Positions 39,088-49,201 of a stretch of 54,982 nt of DNA are shown piece after piece (position 1 is the stretch's first letter; each line of letters starts with the position of its first letter). The position numbers and the translations under genes are program-made. Source of the DNA: Segetibacter sp. (lineage in GTDB: Bacteria; Bacteroidota; Bacteroidia; Chitinophagales; Chitinophagaceae); NCBI GenBank assembly GCA_031424735.1, contig JANPIA010000388.1, forward strand, positions 1 to 54,982, read 5' to 3'. The notes below the pieces were generated by a model. That model did not search any database. It worked only from the letters and a program-made list of their open reading frames with translations, and was not told the DNA's origin.

Positions 39088-39465
39088 TTATTGCTTTACT
39101 GGCTCGGCAAGTTTTATTTGCGCAACCTCGGTTACATGTAATTCAGGCTTGCCTTTAAAATCTTTTATTTCACCCGTTACACATACTTCCTTGTTGGCAT
39201 AAAATTCCTCCGGCTTAACGGTAAACTTTTTCCGGGTGTCACCCTCTATTACAATAGTGATGAGATGGTTTGGATAAGCCCCGCCCATATTCAAAAGTGT
39301 TTTCGGATTGTCAGACTTTTCAAAAAATCTGCCGCCGAAAATTTTGCCACAAATGGTTTGTTTTTCGCCAATATGTTTGGCGGCTTCCTGTGGTGTAATG
39401 GTTTGCGCAATCACTTGCAAACTAACAATACCGAGCAAGGCGGTAACGAAAATGTATTTTTTCAT
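39088..39465 (-). CDS. Small exported OB-fold protein
   Basis: Signal peptide MKKYIFVTALLG...AQ; EAAKHIGEKQTICGKI, LLNMGGAYPN, VCVTGEIKDFKGKPEL. Confidence 0.75.
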   Translation of the reverse strand: MKKYIFVTALLGIVSLQVIAQTITPQEAAKHIGEKQTICGKIFGGRFFEKSDNPKTLLNMGGAYPNHLITIVIEGDTRKKFTVKPEEFYANKEVCVTGEIKDFKGKPELHVTEVAQIKLAEPVKQ

Positions 39466-39588
39466 AGTATGCAATGTAACAACAAACGCCAGTTGCCAAT
39501 CAATGCACTTTAATCTTAAGTGAAAATTATACTTTTGATGCAGTCCCTCGTGGCTTGATTCTTTTATACATAATCTCAAACCATAACA

Positions 39589-39801
39589 ATGAAGCCTGTA
39601 ATTATTAAACTCAATCTTTCCGGTACAACAGTACATGTAAATGCCGACCAGATTTTGTACTACTACGCAAAGAAAAATGAAGACGGCAACATTGTGACCG
39701 AACTTTTTTTTACAGAAAAATTCGGGTTGGAAGTGTTGGACTCACCAGAGGAAATAGACAGACTTATCATGGGTGATACTGCTTCCACTACGCTGCTGTA
39801 A
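39589..39801 (+). CDS. Small protein, FlbD/SwrD-like pattern
   Basis: 70 aa: IKLNLSGTTVHVNADQI...LEVLDSPEEIDRLI. Confidence 0.55.
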   Translation: MKPVIIKLNLSGTTVHVNADQILYYYAKKNEDGNIVTELFFTEKFGLEVLDSPEEIDRLIMGDTASTTLL

Positions 39802-39831
39802 TACTATTTCGTAATGTTTAAACAAGATGCC

Positions 39832-40125
39832 ATGAATACGCAAAACGAGCCCGAAAATAAAAACATACCTGATGCCGCAGTAAGCCAACATGGCGAGGCG
39901 CCTCCCGACCCCAGTAATACCAGTAACATTGGCCAGCCAACTGAGCAGGGTGTTATTAGCAAAAAAGAAGGAATAACAGAACAGAGCAGTACATGGGAGA
40001 ACGAAGCCGATAGTAACATACCCGGCGAAGGAGATAACTCTGTAGATAAGCAGGTGGAGAATTATATTAAGCATCCGTCGCCGGAAGATGCAAACAACGA
40101 TATTGATAGCGACGAGGAGATATAG
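39832..40125 (+). CDS. Acidic disordered hypothetical protein
   Basis: ORF MNTQNEPENK...DSDEEI followed by a terminator. Start uncertain (39814 or 39832). Confidence 0.6.
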   Translation: MNTQNEPENKNIPDAAVSQHGEAPPDPSNTSNIGQPTEQGVISKKEGITEQSSTWENEADSNIPGEGDNSVDKQVENYIKHPSPEDANNDIDSDEEI

Positions 40126-40153
40126 GTCATAAATACTAACGTTTAATTTAACG

Positions 40154-40176
40154 GCCGGGCATATGCCCGGCTTTTT
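40154..40176 (+). terminator. Intrinsic terminator
   Basis: GCCGGGC-ATAT-GCCCGGC followed by TTTTT. Confidence 0.85.
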
Positions 40177-40320
40177 CATTTTGGGTTACTAGAGAGACCA
40201 GCAATTTCGCTCATAATATTAGCTTCTCAGGTCATACTTGCATCTACGGATTACAACCACTATTTTAAAGGTGAGTTTACCATTCTCTCCATCCGATCCA
40301 TCACTACAAAAACTACTGCC

Positions 40321-41988
40321 ATGCGATTTAAAAGCACCAAGGGCGATGTAAAGATTTATGCTGTCGCCGGCACGCAAACCGTTCTCCTTTCGTTTGACCT
40401 GGCAAAAACTAAAGTGAATAACAAAGAATTTATCGGCTTTGATATTGAGCGAAAGGATAGCCTGGGAAAAATCAGGAAGTTGAATGGCAGCAAGCATTTT
40501 AATTCTCTCATCATCGACTCAACTATTACCGATCAACGGTTGAAAATGGTATCGCTTGTGCAAACTTATTTTTGGAAAGATTATGAAGCCGACCCCGGTC
40601 AAACTTACACTTATACCATAAACGCCATGTATGGTACCGCACGAAAATTCGCCATTAAATTTTCGGGAACAATAACGGTTACCATGGAACAATTGAATAC
40701 CGGCGTTCACTCGGTTTATTTTAATTATGGGGTAACAGGCTCGCAAGCGTACAACAAGAGATTCGATAGAAAACTGATTACCGAACTACCGCCTGTTCAA
40801 AAACAAAAGGCGTTCGATTTATTGGGAAGAGAATTATGGACCAACGGCCTCCTTGAATTTATCAGGCAGGCGCAGGGCAGTAAGTTTCAACTTTATTGCG
40901 TGTTTTACGAGTTTCAATACGATGGCTTTTTGGGGGAAATTAAAACGATCATCAACAGCGGGGCTACCGTTGAAATCCGCTATAGTGCACAATCCGGCCA
41001 AAAAGCAAAGAACGAAGCGGCAATAGCTTCCGCCGGTATTGGTGCCTTTTGTAAAGGCCGAACTATTGTAAGCCAGCCGCACAACAAGTTCATGATATTG
41101 TGTGAGAACAACGTTCCCAAACAAGTATGGACCGGTTCAACCAATCTTACATTAACGGGCATTTTTGGCCACAGCAATACCGGGCATTGGATAAAAGATG
41201 AAACCATCGCAAAACAATATTTCACTTATTGGCAAACGGTAAAGGACAATCCGAAAACCGCTGTAATTGCAGAGGTGAATGAGAAGGTGCAGGCCGATAC
41301 TGATTTGAAAAAACTAAAGAATGGCACTTATGTATTTTTCAGCCCCAGGAAGTCTGCTGCACATTTATCCAATTATGCTGACCTGATATTGAATGCAAAG
41401 GAAATGGTTTGTATGATCTTTCCATTTAACATTGAAGATGAGTTTAGAAATGTTTTTGCCGATGATAAAGAGTACCTGCGTTATATATTATTTGAGAAAG
41501 CAGCCGAGGCAAAAAGTGTAAAAAGTAACGACCGCGACCTGATGGTAACTGCCGGCGCAGTATTAAGCGATCCGGTTGAACAATGGGTTCGGGAAATGAC
41601 CGCCAGCACTACCACCGAGGCAGGCATAAGGTATGTGCATAATAAATTCTTTTTAATTGATCCGTTGAGCCAAACACCTATTGTGGTAAGTGGTTCCGCT
41701 AACTTCAGCACGGTATCTATTACTCGAAACGATGAAAATACGATTGTAGTTAAAGGCAATACGCGTGTAGCTGATATTTATCTAACTGAATTCAGCCGGA
41801 TGTTTGAGCACTTTTGGCCGCGGTATTTGCGAATGTTGAATAAAGAGAGAGCTGGCGCCGCCAAAGGTTTTGATAAGCCGCTTGATGAAACTTATTCCTG
41901 GTTTTTCGATTATTATAATGAGAACAGGCTTGGCATGAAACGGAAAGTAGTTTTCTCTAAAATGAAAGGAGCTAAGGAGAGTCCTTAG
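40321..41988 (+). CDS. Phospholipase D/Nuc superfamily protein with two HKD-type motifs
   Basis: HNKFMILC...VWTGSTN and HNKFFLID...VVSGSANF...NDEN; N-terminal beta-sandwich-like region (WKDYEADPGQTYTYTI); no signal peptide. Confidence 0.85.
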   Translation: MRFKSTKGDVKIYAVAGTQTVLLSFDLAKTKVNNKEFIGFDIERKDSLGKIRKLNGSKHFNSLIIDSTITDQRLKMVSLVQTYFWKDYEADPGQTYTYTINAMYGTARKFAIKFSGTITVTMEQLNTGVHSVYFNYGVTGSQAYNKRFDRKLITELPPVQKQKAFDLLGRELWTNGLLEFIRQAQGSKFQLYCVFYEFQYDGFLGEIKTIINSGATVEIRYSAQSGQKAKNEAAIASAGIGAFCKGRTIVSQPHNKFMILCENNVPKQVWTGSTNLTLTGIFGHSNTGHWIKDETIAKQYFTYWQTVKDNPKTAVIAEVNEKVQADTDLKKLKNGTYVFFSPRKSAAHLSNYADLILNAKEMVCMIFPFNIEDEFRNVFADDKEYLRYILFEKAAEAKSVKSNDRDLMVTAGAVLSDPVEQWVREMTASTTTEAGIRYVHNKFFLIDPLSQTPIVVSGSANFSTVSITRNDENTIVVKGNTRVADIYLTEFSRMFEHFWPRYLRMLNKERAGAAKGFDKPLDETYSWFFDYYNENRLGMKRKVVFSKMKGAKESP

Positions 41989-42044
41989 TTTACTTGTCTC
42001 CATCCTATCAATGTAATATCCAACCTTTTAAAACGCTGCGAACC

Positions 42045-44819
42045 ATGAAACAGGCAATCATTGTACTAATGGCTTTTGTTGTTTTTAATGAATGTTTATT
42101 TGCACAAAATGCTTTTTACGATGCAAAAAAATTGGTAGCCATCTCTCTGTCAGATGATATAAAACGAACTTCGGAAGCCGTGGGAATATTGGGCAAGTAT
42201 TTAACACCGGTGCAAAAGCTGGCATTCACACAAAACAGTAACCGCATTACGTTCAGGCGATTTTTCGACTCCTTTCCATCACTGCAAAAAGTGATCGTCC
42301 AATTAAAAGTGCCCGACCAAAATTGCGAAAACATATTGAGGGAGATCGACAATGTGGCAAACCTTTCCAGGTTCGATAATCTCAAAAAAGATTCGCTTAA
42401 AACGTTACAGGCGTTCATAAAACAAATAGAAGAAAACAAGGTGTTTGCAGATGCAGTAGCACTTGAAAAAATTAAGCCCGATAGATTACATATTGAAAGG
42501 AATAAGCAGGTTTTTTTAAAGCTGTATGCAACTTATATTGACACAGCAGAAATTTCGATAGACTCGTTGTCTGCCGAAATCCTTACAACCATGTACGATG
42601 ATATAAAGGCCACTTTAGACGAAGGGCGTAAAAACCAGGCAGTAAAAAAAGAGGCTTTTTGCCAGGATGTATTGAATGTTTATAACCGCTCTAATCAACT
42701 CAAAGCAAGCATCGACAGGCTTTCGAACGATCAAACCCCGGAGCAATTTTCGAAAGACGTCCAGGTTAAAATGAGCCAGGAAGAAAAAGTTGCCATTCAA
42801 ACAAAAGACCTGAACGAACAAAACAATGCACAGCGCCTAAACCTGCCAACCCAAAGTGAGCTGATTGATGCATTGGCCATCTATCTTGCAAATCGTGTTA
42901 AGCTGGAGACGGCGCTTACCTTCATAGAACAAATAAAAAAAGCGCTGAAAAGCGACTCTACTTTACTCAATCTTTTCCCCGAAACCATACGGCTTTTTTC
43001 AACTTACAGCAGTTATGAAATGCCCAATTTTGGCAGCGTATGGCAACAGGCTTTTGCCGAAGATTTTATTTTAATACCTCAGCGCGTAGCGGGCTACGAT
43101 AACAAACTGGGATACTTTTTTAGAAAATACAAAGGAAACCCAACGTTCGATTTTTTGCACCAGTGTATAGAACTTGCAGTTCTATCATCTCAAAAGGGGA
43201 ACATTATTGATATTGTGCAATTACTTAACGAGAAATATGCAGACGAACCTGCAGATAAACTTTCACTCTTCACCAAATTTATCCGGTTATTTAATATGGT
43301 GAATGAAGAATTTTATTCGGTGGACAAAAACAAGTTTTGGATAAGCTATTCCGACTTTAATAAGTTAAGTCCCGAAGAGTTTGTGGTTATGTTTGAATTA
43401 TTGAGTAAAAAATACGCTGAAACAGTAGGCACCTTTCTTCATGTAAAAGGTAGTTGGACCTCAACAGGCACACTAATGAACCTGAAAGATCTGAAGGGAT
43501 GGATGGGACAGTTTTTTTACGTCATCAATCAATTTCAAAACAACCAGCAGGTACTTAAAGACCAGCTATCGACTGGTACAGTTATAAAAACCAATGAGAA
43601 CTTCTGGAGCTTTTTGCCGCAGTTATTTAAAATAGTGGTAGGTGGTTTTAAAGAAAAGAACGCCATAATGGAAACCGCTTCCAATAAAATTATGAGCCCT
43701 CAAACCTTATCAAAAATTATAGATACGTACGAACATTTATGCGAGGTTTATGAAGCGCTGGAGAAAAAAGATTATACCGTGGCATTCGACCGGACCATAC
43801 ATATTCTGGACGATGTTGTATCGGAAGCCAACATTAAAAAAGGTCAAACCATCATCGCTTTTTTAAAAACCGTAAAAAAGCCCGGCGAAAAAATGGATGC
43901 CTTTGTAGCCAACTATCAAACAGCCATCAAACAATATTCGCTTCAGTTTGATACAGTGGTGCAAGCCTACAAATCATACCTGGTTGCAGAAGAGCCTCTT
44001 CGTTTGCAAAAGCATGAACAATATGAAAATTCCCGCGGGCAATTTATAACAGCGCTCCAAAATTCAGCCATCAAAAATTTTGTAGCATCCGTAATGACGG
44101 ATCAAAATAAGCTGGACAATTTTATAAGAGAAAACATTGAAAGATTAGACGAGTTTACCAACCGTATTTACACAAACAATTACAATACACTTACCCGAAC
44201 GGTTTCTTTTATAAACGATGTTAGGCGCGCTGGCGACAGCAGAACGCTTAGCCGCGTAATTGCATCGTATGCCAATCCTCCGTTATCGTATAAACAAAAA
44301 CGAGGCAGGCGCATTTCAATCGATTTGAATGCTTATGTAGGAGCTTTTGCCGGTACCGAGTTCAGGCTAAACGGCGCATTAAATTATTCTGACCCGGGAT
44401 TGGTTTATGGACTTTCCGCACCCATAGGTTTTAGCGTAAGTTGGGGGCGCAGTAAAAAAACGAATGCGGTAAGCGAAAATGCATTTATAAGCAGGCAGGG
44501 CGATCTGCGGGTGAAAAAGGAAAAGAATTTCATGCTAACCCTTTCCATTATTGATATTGGTGCGGCCGTTTCTTATCGCATAAGCTCTGGCTCAGAAAAT
44601 GCATTGCCGCAAAAAGTTTCGTTTGCACAGGTGATAAGCCCGGGCCTGCATGCTCAGTGGGGCATCCGTAATTTGCCGCTTTGTATATCTGTGGGAGGGC
44701 AATACACACCCGAACTCCGAAAGTTTTCAAAGGATCCTGCTGCAAAAGCAGAAACCGCATTCAGTGTTCGGGCGGGATTGTTTTTTGATTTGCCATTAAT
44801 GAATTTGTACAGGCAATAA
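42045..44819 (+). CDS. Large exported hypothetical protein (helical body, beta-strand-rich C-terminus)
   Basis: Signal peptide MKQAIIVLMAFVVFNECLFA/QNAFYDA; about 720 helical-looking residues; amphipathic strands ISIDLNAYVG, APIGFSVSWG, LTLSIIDIGA, LHAQWG, ISVGGQY, SVRAGLFFD. Confidence 0.8.
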   Translation: MKQAIIVLMAFVVFNECLFAQNAFYDAKKLVAISLSDDIKRTSEAVGILGKYLTPVQKLAFTQNSNRITFRRFFDSFPSLQKVIVQLKVPDQNCENILREIDNVANLSRFDNLKKDSLKTLQAFIKQIEENKVFADAVALEKIKPDRLHIERNKQVFLKLYATYIDTAEISIDSLSAEILTTMYDDIKATLDEGRKNQAVKKEAFCQDVLNVYNRSNQLKASIDRLSNDQTPEQFSKDVQVKMSQEEKVAIQTKDLNEQNNAQRLNLPTQSELIDALAIYLANRVKLETALTFIEQIKKALKSDSTLLNLFPETIRLFSTYSSYEMPNFGSVWQQAFAEDFILIPQRVAGYDNKLGYFFRKYKGNPTFDFLHQCIELAVLSSQKGNIIDIVQLLNEKYADEPADKLSLFTKFIRLFNMVNEEFYSVDKNKFWISYSDFNKLSPEEFVVMFELLSKKYAETVGTFLHVKGSWTSTGTLMNLKDLKGWMGQFFYVINQFQNNQQVLKDQLSTGTVIKTNENFWSFLPQLFKIVVGGFKEKNAIMETASNKIMSPQTLSKIIDTYEHLCEVYEALEKKDYTVAFDRTIHILDDVVSEANIKKGQTIIAFLKTVKKPGEKMDAFVANYQTAIKQYSLQFDTVVQAYKSYLVAEEPLRLQKHEQYENSRGQFITALQNSAIKNFVASVMTDQNKLDNFIRENIERLDEFTNRIYTNNYNTLTRTVSFINDVRRAGDSRTLSRVIASYANPPLSYKQKRGRRISIDLNAYVGAFAGTEFRLNGALNYSDPGLVYGLSAPIGFSVSWGRSKKTNAVSENAFISRQGDLRVKKEKNFMLTLSIIDIGAAVSYRISSGSENALPQKVSFAQVISPGLHAQWGIRNLPLCISVGGQYTPELRKFSKDPAAKAETAFSVRAGLFFDLPLMNLYRQ

Positions 44820-44821
44820 GT

Positions 44822-45148
44822 TTATAATTGATCTGCATCAACATTAGCCTGCCTGCGGCTGATGTCTTTTTCCTTTGCTTTCCTTACAATATTTTGCAGT
44901 GCTTCAACGGAATCTAAAATGGCGGTCTCCAGCACTTCATCACTTCTTTTTACAAAGTGGTCGTTGCCCGGAACTTCTAATCTTATCTCGCAATAATTTT
45001 GCTGGTTACCACCCGAGCCCTGGAACAAAGTAACCTGTGCGCGGATAATGTTATTGGTTTGATGATCGAGCTTGCCAAGTTTTTCATGAATAAATGTTTC
45101 GAGATTTTCGCTGTGTTTGAATCCGAGAGACTGAATGATAATGTCCAT
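44822..45148 (-). CDS. hpf: Ribosome hibernation promoting factor HPF/RaiA
   Basis: MDIIIQSLGF...EKLGKLD...CEIRLEVPGNDHFVK. Confidence 0.85.
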   Translation of the reverse strand: MDIIIQSLGFKHSENLETFIHEKLGKLDHQTNNIIRAQVTLFQGSGGNQQNYCEIRLEVPGNDHFVKRSDEVLETAILDSVEALQNIVRKAKEKDISRRQANVDADQL

Positions 45149-45306
45149 ATTTTTTTATTTTTTGTAACCAATATTCGTTAGCATTTACTCACTCACCATT
45201 ATCGTACCACTACATAAATGGCAGGTGCTGTTGTTATAAATCAATAAACTGTTAACGCAGGCAGGTACGTTCTGCGATTCACTATTTTTGTTGCAAACCA
45301 ATTGTA

Positions 45307-46134
45307 TTGAGCCTAACCATTCATACCAACGATCTTATCAAAAGCTATAAAAACCGTACGGTGGTAGATCATGTTTCCATACGGGTGCAACAGGGCGAAA
45401 TTGTAGGGTTGCTGGGTCCAAACGGCGCTGGTAAAACCACTACATTTTATATGGTAGTAGGGTTAATAAAGCCCGATATTGGGGATGTGTTTTTGAACGA
45501 ACAGAATATTACCAGGCTTCCTATGTACAAAAGGGCGCAAATGGGAATTGGTTATCTGCCCCAGGAAGCAAGTGTTTTTAGAAAGCTCTCCGTTGAGGAT
45601 AATATTAAAGCAGTTCTTGAAATGACGAAGCTTACTCGGAAGGATCAAAAAATAAAATTGGAAGCTTTGCTGGATGAATTTAACCTGCACCATGTGCGGA
45701 AAAACAATGGAGATAGTTTGAGTGGTGGCGAACGGAGAAGAACAGAAATTGCCAGGGCGCTTGCAGTGGATCCTAAATTTATTTTACTGGATGAACCCTT
45801 TGCGGGTGTTGACCCCATAGCAGTAGAAGATATTCAAACCGTAGTTGCCCGGCTTAAATACAGGAACATAGGCATTCTTATAACGGATCATAATGTAAAC
45901 GAAACGCTCTCCATATGCGATCGTGCCTACTTGCTGATAGAAGGAAAAATATTTAAAACCGGTACAGCCGAACAGTTAGCCGACGATGAACAGGTGCGCC
46001 GTCTTTACCTCGGAACCAACTTTGAACTGAAGCGTAAAGACTGGATCATTGATATGGGTAAGGCTGATGCCGAACAAACTACCATGACGGCCTATACAAA
46101 GTGGAACGAAGAAGATACGGACAAAGTTTTATAA
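45307..46134 (+). CDS. lptB: LPS export ABC transporter ATPase LptB
   Basis: [50 protein letters not shown]. Confidence 0.95.
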   Translation: MSLTIHTNDLIKSYKNRTVVDHVSIRVQQGEIVGLLGPNGAGKTTTFYMVVGLIKPDIGDVFLNEQNITRLPMYKRAQMGIGYLPQEASVFRKLSVEDNIKAVLEMTKLTRKDQKIKLEALLDEFNLHHVRKNNGDSLSGGERRRTEIARALAVDPKFILLDEPFAGVDPIAVEDIQTVVARLKYRNIGILITDHNVNETLSICDRAYLLIEGKIFKTGTAEQLADDEQVRRLYLGTNFELKRKDWIIDMGKADAEQTTMTAYTKWNEEDTDKVL

Positions 46135-46267
46135 ACCTTTTCAATAAGCAAAGGTGGTGGACGTTGCACAAGATTTTATGCACCCAACTTTGTTCTTGCT
46201 ACTTCTCCCTCCCCAACTATTTTCTAATTTTACCCGTCGTTACTATTATTACCTATCATTGTAATGC

Positions 46268-47782
46268 ATGAAAATTATCAGTCCAGCTATTTCACGTCTT
46301 GCCCGGTGGAGGCTTTGGCATATTGAGCATTGGATGAATAATCCGGTAGAGGCACAAAGGGAAGTTTTACAGGACCTGGTTACATCTGCCCAATACACAG
46401 AGATTGGCCGCAAATACGGCTTCGATAAATTATTTACCATTCGTGCATTTAAAAATGCAGTCCCCATTTGTGAGTACCCCGACCTGAAGCCTTACATAGA
46501 ACGCCTCATGAATGGCGAACAAAATATTCTTTGGAACACACCGGTAACCTGGTTTGCGAAAAGCAGCGGCACTACAAGCGATAAAAGCAAATTTATACCC
46601 ATTACCGATGAAAGCCTGCAGGAAAGCCATTTCCAGGGCGCAAAGGATGTGCTTACACTATACTATAATTTCAACCCCGATAGCGACCTGCTTACGGGTA
46701 AAGGTTTGGTGATTGGTGGAAGTCACCAGGTTAGTAAACTGAATGAAGAAACGCAATACGGCGACCTGAGCGCTGTGCTGATGCAAAACACCCCGTTCTG
46801 GGGTCACTGGCTGCGTACACCGGAATTGTCCATTGCATTATTAGACGAATGGGAAACAAAAATTGAAAAGCTGGCAGAAACAACCATACCCGAAAACGTG
46901 ACCAGCATTAGCGGCGTACCTACTTGGACACTTGTTTTAATAAAACGCATACTCGAAATCACCGGCAAACAAAACCTGAAAGAAGTTTGGCCGAATCTTG
47001 AGCTATATATACATGGCGGCGTTTCCTTCACTCCATACAAGGAACAGTTTGACAAATTGATGGGCACAGGTATCAATTATGTTGACTTGTATAACGCAAG
47101 CGAAGGTTTTTTTGCTGCGCAGAACAATCCCAACGAAGAAGGGATGCTGCTGTTTTTGCAGCATGGTATTTTTTACGAGTTTTTACCGGTAGAGGAATAC
47201 GGTAACGAACAGCCCGAAACTATTGGGTTAGAAGAAGTGGAGATAAATAAAAATTACGCTTTGGTTATTAGCACCAATGGCGGCTTATGGCGATACCTTG
47301 TTGGCGATACCATTCAGTTTACTTCGCGTTATCCGTTTAAAATAAAAGTTACCGGGCGTTTAAAACACTTCATCAATGCATTTGGCGAAGAGGTAATAGT
47401 TGAAAATGCTGATAAAGCTATAGCGGTTGCCTGCGAAAAAACCGGTGCCGTGGTAAACGATTACACTGCTGCGCCTATTTATTTTAGCGACGAGGGAAAC
47501 GGAGGGCACGAATGGTTGATCGAGTTTGACAATGAACCTGCCGATATCGGTCTTTTTACATTTGAATTAGACAACGCACTTAAAGCGGTAAACAGCGATT
47601 ACGAAGCGAAACGCCACAAAGACATTGCGCTGAAAATGCCCGTTGTAAAAGAAATGCCCAAAGGTGTCTTCCAGGAGTGGTTGCGCAGCAAAGGCAAACT
47701 TGGCGGTCAGCATAAAGTCCCTCGTTTAAGTAACGATCGTAAATACCTTGATGAGATACTGGCGTTTATAAAAACGACCTAG
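46268..47782 (+). CDS. GH3 family acyl-adenylate-forming protein
   Basis: FAKSSGTT...KFIP, YNASEGFF, WRYLVGDT, GGQHKVPRL. Confidence 0.9.
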   Translation: MKIISPAISRLARWRLWHIEHWMNNPVEAQREVLQDLVTSAQYTEIGRKYGFDKLFTIRAFKNAVPICEYPDLKPYIERLMNGEQNILWNTPVTWFAKSSGTTSDKSKFIPITDESLQESHFQGAKDVLTLYYNFNPDSDLLTGKGLVIGGSHQVSKLNEETQYGDLSAVLMQNTPFWGHWLRTPELSIALLDEWETKIEKLAETTIPENVTSISGVPTWTLVLIKRILEITGKQNLKEVWPNLELYIHGGVSFTPYKEQFDKLMGTGINYVDLYNASEGFFAAQNNPNEEGMLLFLQHGIFYEFLPVEEYGNEQPETIGLEEVEINKNYALVISTNGGLWRYLVGDTIQFTSRYPFKIKVTGRLKHFINAFGEEVIVENADKAIAVACEKTGAVVNDYTAAPIYFSDEGNGGHEWLIEFDNEPADIGLFTFELDNALKAVNSDYEAKRHKDIALKMPVVKEMPKGVFQEWLRSKGKLGGQHKVPRLSNDRKYLDEILAFIKTT

Positions 47783-47854
47783 TAGTGCGTTATTTACTAA
47801 CGTTTTGCGTCATGCTTTTGACGAATATTCTGCAAATAAATTAAGCCCATTGAG

Positions 47855-48179
47855 ATGAATACTATTTTCGAGGATCAAGTTGCTAATAATAGGGCTAGTT
47901 CTCTTATGGGTGAAATCACCCATACACTTGATGTACTTAAAAATATTGATGAGTTAATGCCAGGTAGTTCATTTGAACGAAAAACTAAAGTTAACCCAAA
48001 AATAGAGGGAAGAATTTAGAGAAATATCGGAATACTCAATTCAATTTCTTAATGAACGGATCGGTCGATATAAAGATGAAATGAGTTTTATAAAAGAACG
48101 AATGGGAGATTCTGATATTAATTACAGAAACATGGCAGATGCTATATCTGCATTTCGCTATTGGGCTCTAGCTGCTTAG
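47855..48179 (+). pseudogene. Degraded AT-rich ORF (frameshifted remnant)
   Basis: 54-codon ORF 47855-48019 (MNTIFEDQVA...) overlaps a second-frame open stretch of about 48006-48179 (REEFREISEYSIQFLNERIG...FRYWALAA*). Confidence 0.4.
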
Positions 48180-48337
48180 TTACGTCAATGATAGGTTTCT
48201 AAACATTTGTAATTCTATTTATCTTCGGTACCGAGCTTGAAATACTGAAAAAATTCCGCCTCCGGCTGATACCAGGTCAACACGTGCGATGTATAATATT
48301 TACATTTGCTAACCTCCTAATTTTTAAAGTTGTCCAT

Positions 48338-49093
48338 ATGAAATTACTTGAAGGAAAAGTTGCTATAGTAACGGGTGCGGCACGTGGTATTGGTGAAGCC
48401 ATCGCCCTTAAACTGGCTGAACATGGCGCTGATATTGCTTTTACCTATGTTAGCGAAAGCAGCGCCGATAAAGCCAGGGCAGTTGAAGAAAAAATAATTG
48501 CTCTGGGAGTAAAAGCGAAAGCTTACCGAAGTAATGCCGGCATCTTTGCAGAGTGTGAAACTTTTGTAGTTGATGTAATAAAAGAGTTTGGAACCATTGA
48601 TGTTTGTGTAAACAATGCCGGTATCAGTAAAGACAATTTGCTGCTGCGCATGACACCTGAACAGTGGGACGAAGTAATGACGACCAATTTAAAAAGCGTA
48701 TTTAACATGACCAAACAGGTGATACGTACAATGATGAAAGCAAGAAGTGGCAGTATTATAAACATGAGTTCGATAATTGGGGAGAAGGGAAATGCGGGGC
48801 AAAGCAGCTATGCAGCTTCCAAAGCAGGCATCATTGGTTTTACAAAATCTGTTGCCCTGGAGTTAGGTAGCCGCAACATTAGGTGTAATGCCATTGCGCC
48901 CGGCTTTGTTGAAACGGATATGACACACTATTTAAAGGAAGGCGACGCAGCAAAGTCATTCCTTGAAAAAATACCACTTGCACGGTTTGGTAAGGCAGAG
49001 GAAATAGCCAATGCTGCACTGTATCTTTCCAGCAATTTAAGCAGTTACGTTACGGGGCAGGTATTAAGTGTATGTGGTGGATTGAATACCTGA
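48338..49093 (+). CDS. fabG: 3-oxoacyl-ACP reductase FabG
   Basis: TGAARGIG, VNNAGI, GQSSYAASKAG, NAIAPGFVETDMT. -7 box TACATTTG at 48301-48308 supports start 48338. Confidence 0.93.
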   Translation: MKLLEGKVAIVTGAARGIGEAIALKLAEHGADIAFTYVSESSADKARAVEEKIIALGVKAKAYRSNAGIFAECETFVVDVIKEFGTIDVCVNNAGISKDNLLLRMTPEQWDEVMTTNLKSVFNMTKQVIRTMMKARSGSIINMSSIIGEKGNAGQSSYAASKAGIIGFTKSVALELGSRNIRCNAIAPGFVETDMTHYLKEGDAAKSFLEKIPLARFGKAEEIANAALYLSSNLSSYVTGQVLSVCGGLNT

Positions 49094-49117
49094 CATCATA
49101 ATTAACGATGTATTGCC

Positions 49118-49143
49118 AACCCTTGCTAAGCGGGGGTTTTTTT
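49118..49143 (+). terminator. Intrinsic terminator after fabG
   Basis: AACCCTTGC-TAA-GCGGGGGTT followed by a T run. Confidence 0.75.
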
Positions 49144-49201
49144 GTATTGTGATGATTGTGTCAAATAATTATTTGGGCATCCTTTTTAAGTAACGCTGGT
49201 A

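Noticed and set aside
40321-41988. Cardiolipin synthase or named defence gene (DISARM drmC, Zorya etc.) call for the PLD
   Set aside because: No N-terminal TMs or Cls-type motif context, and none of the partner genes of known systems are adjacent.
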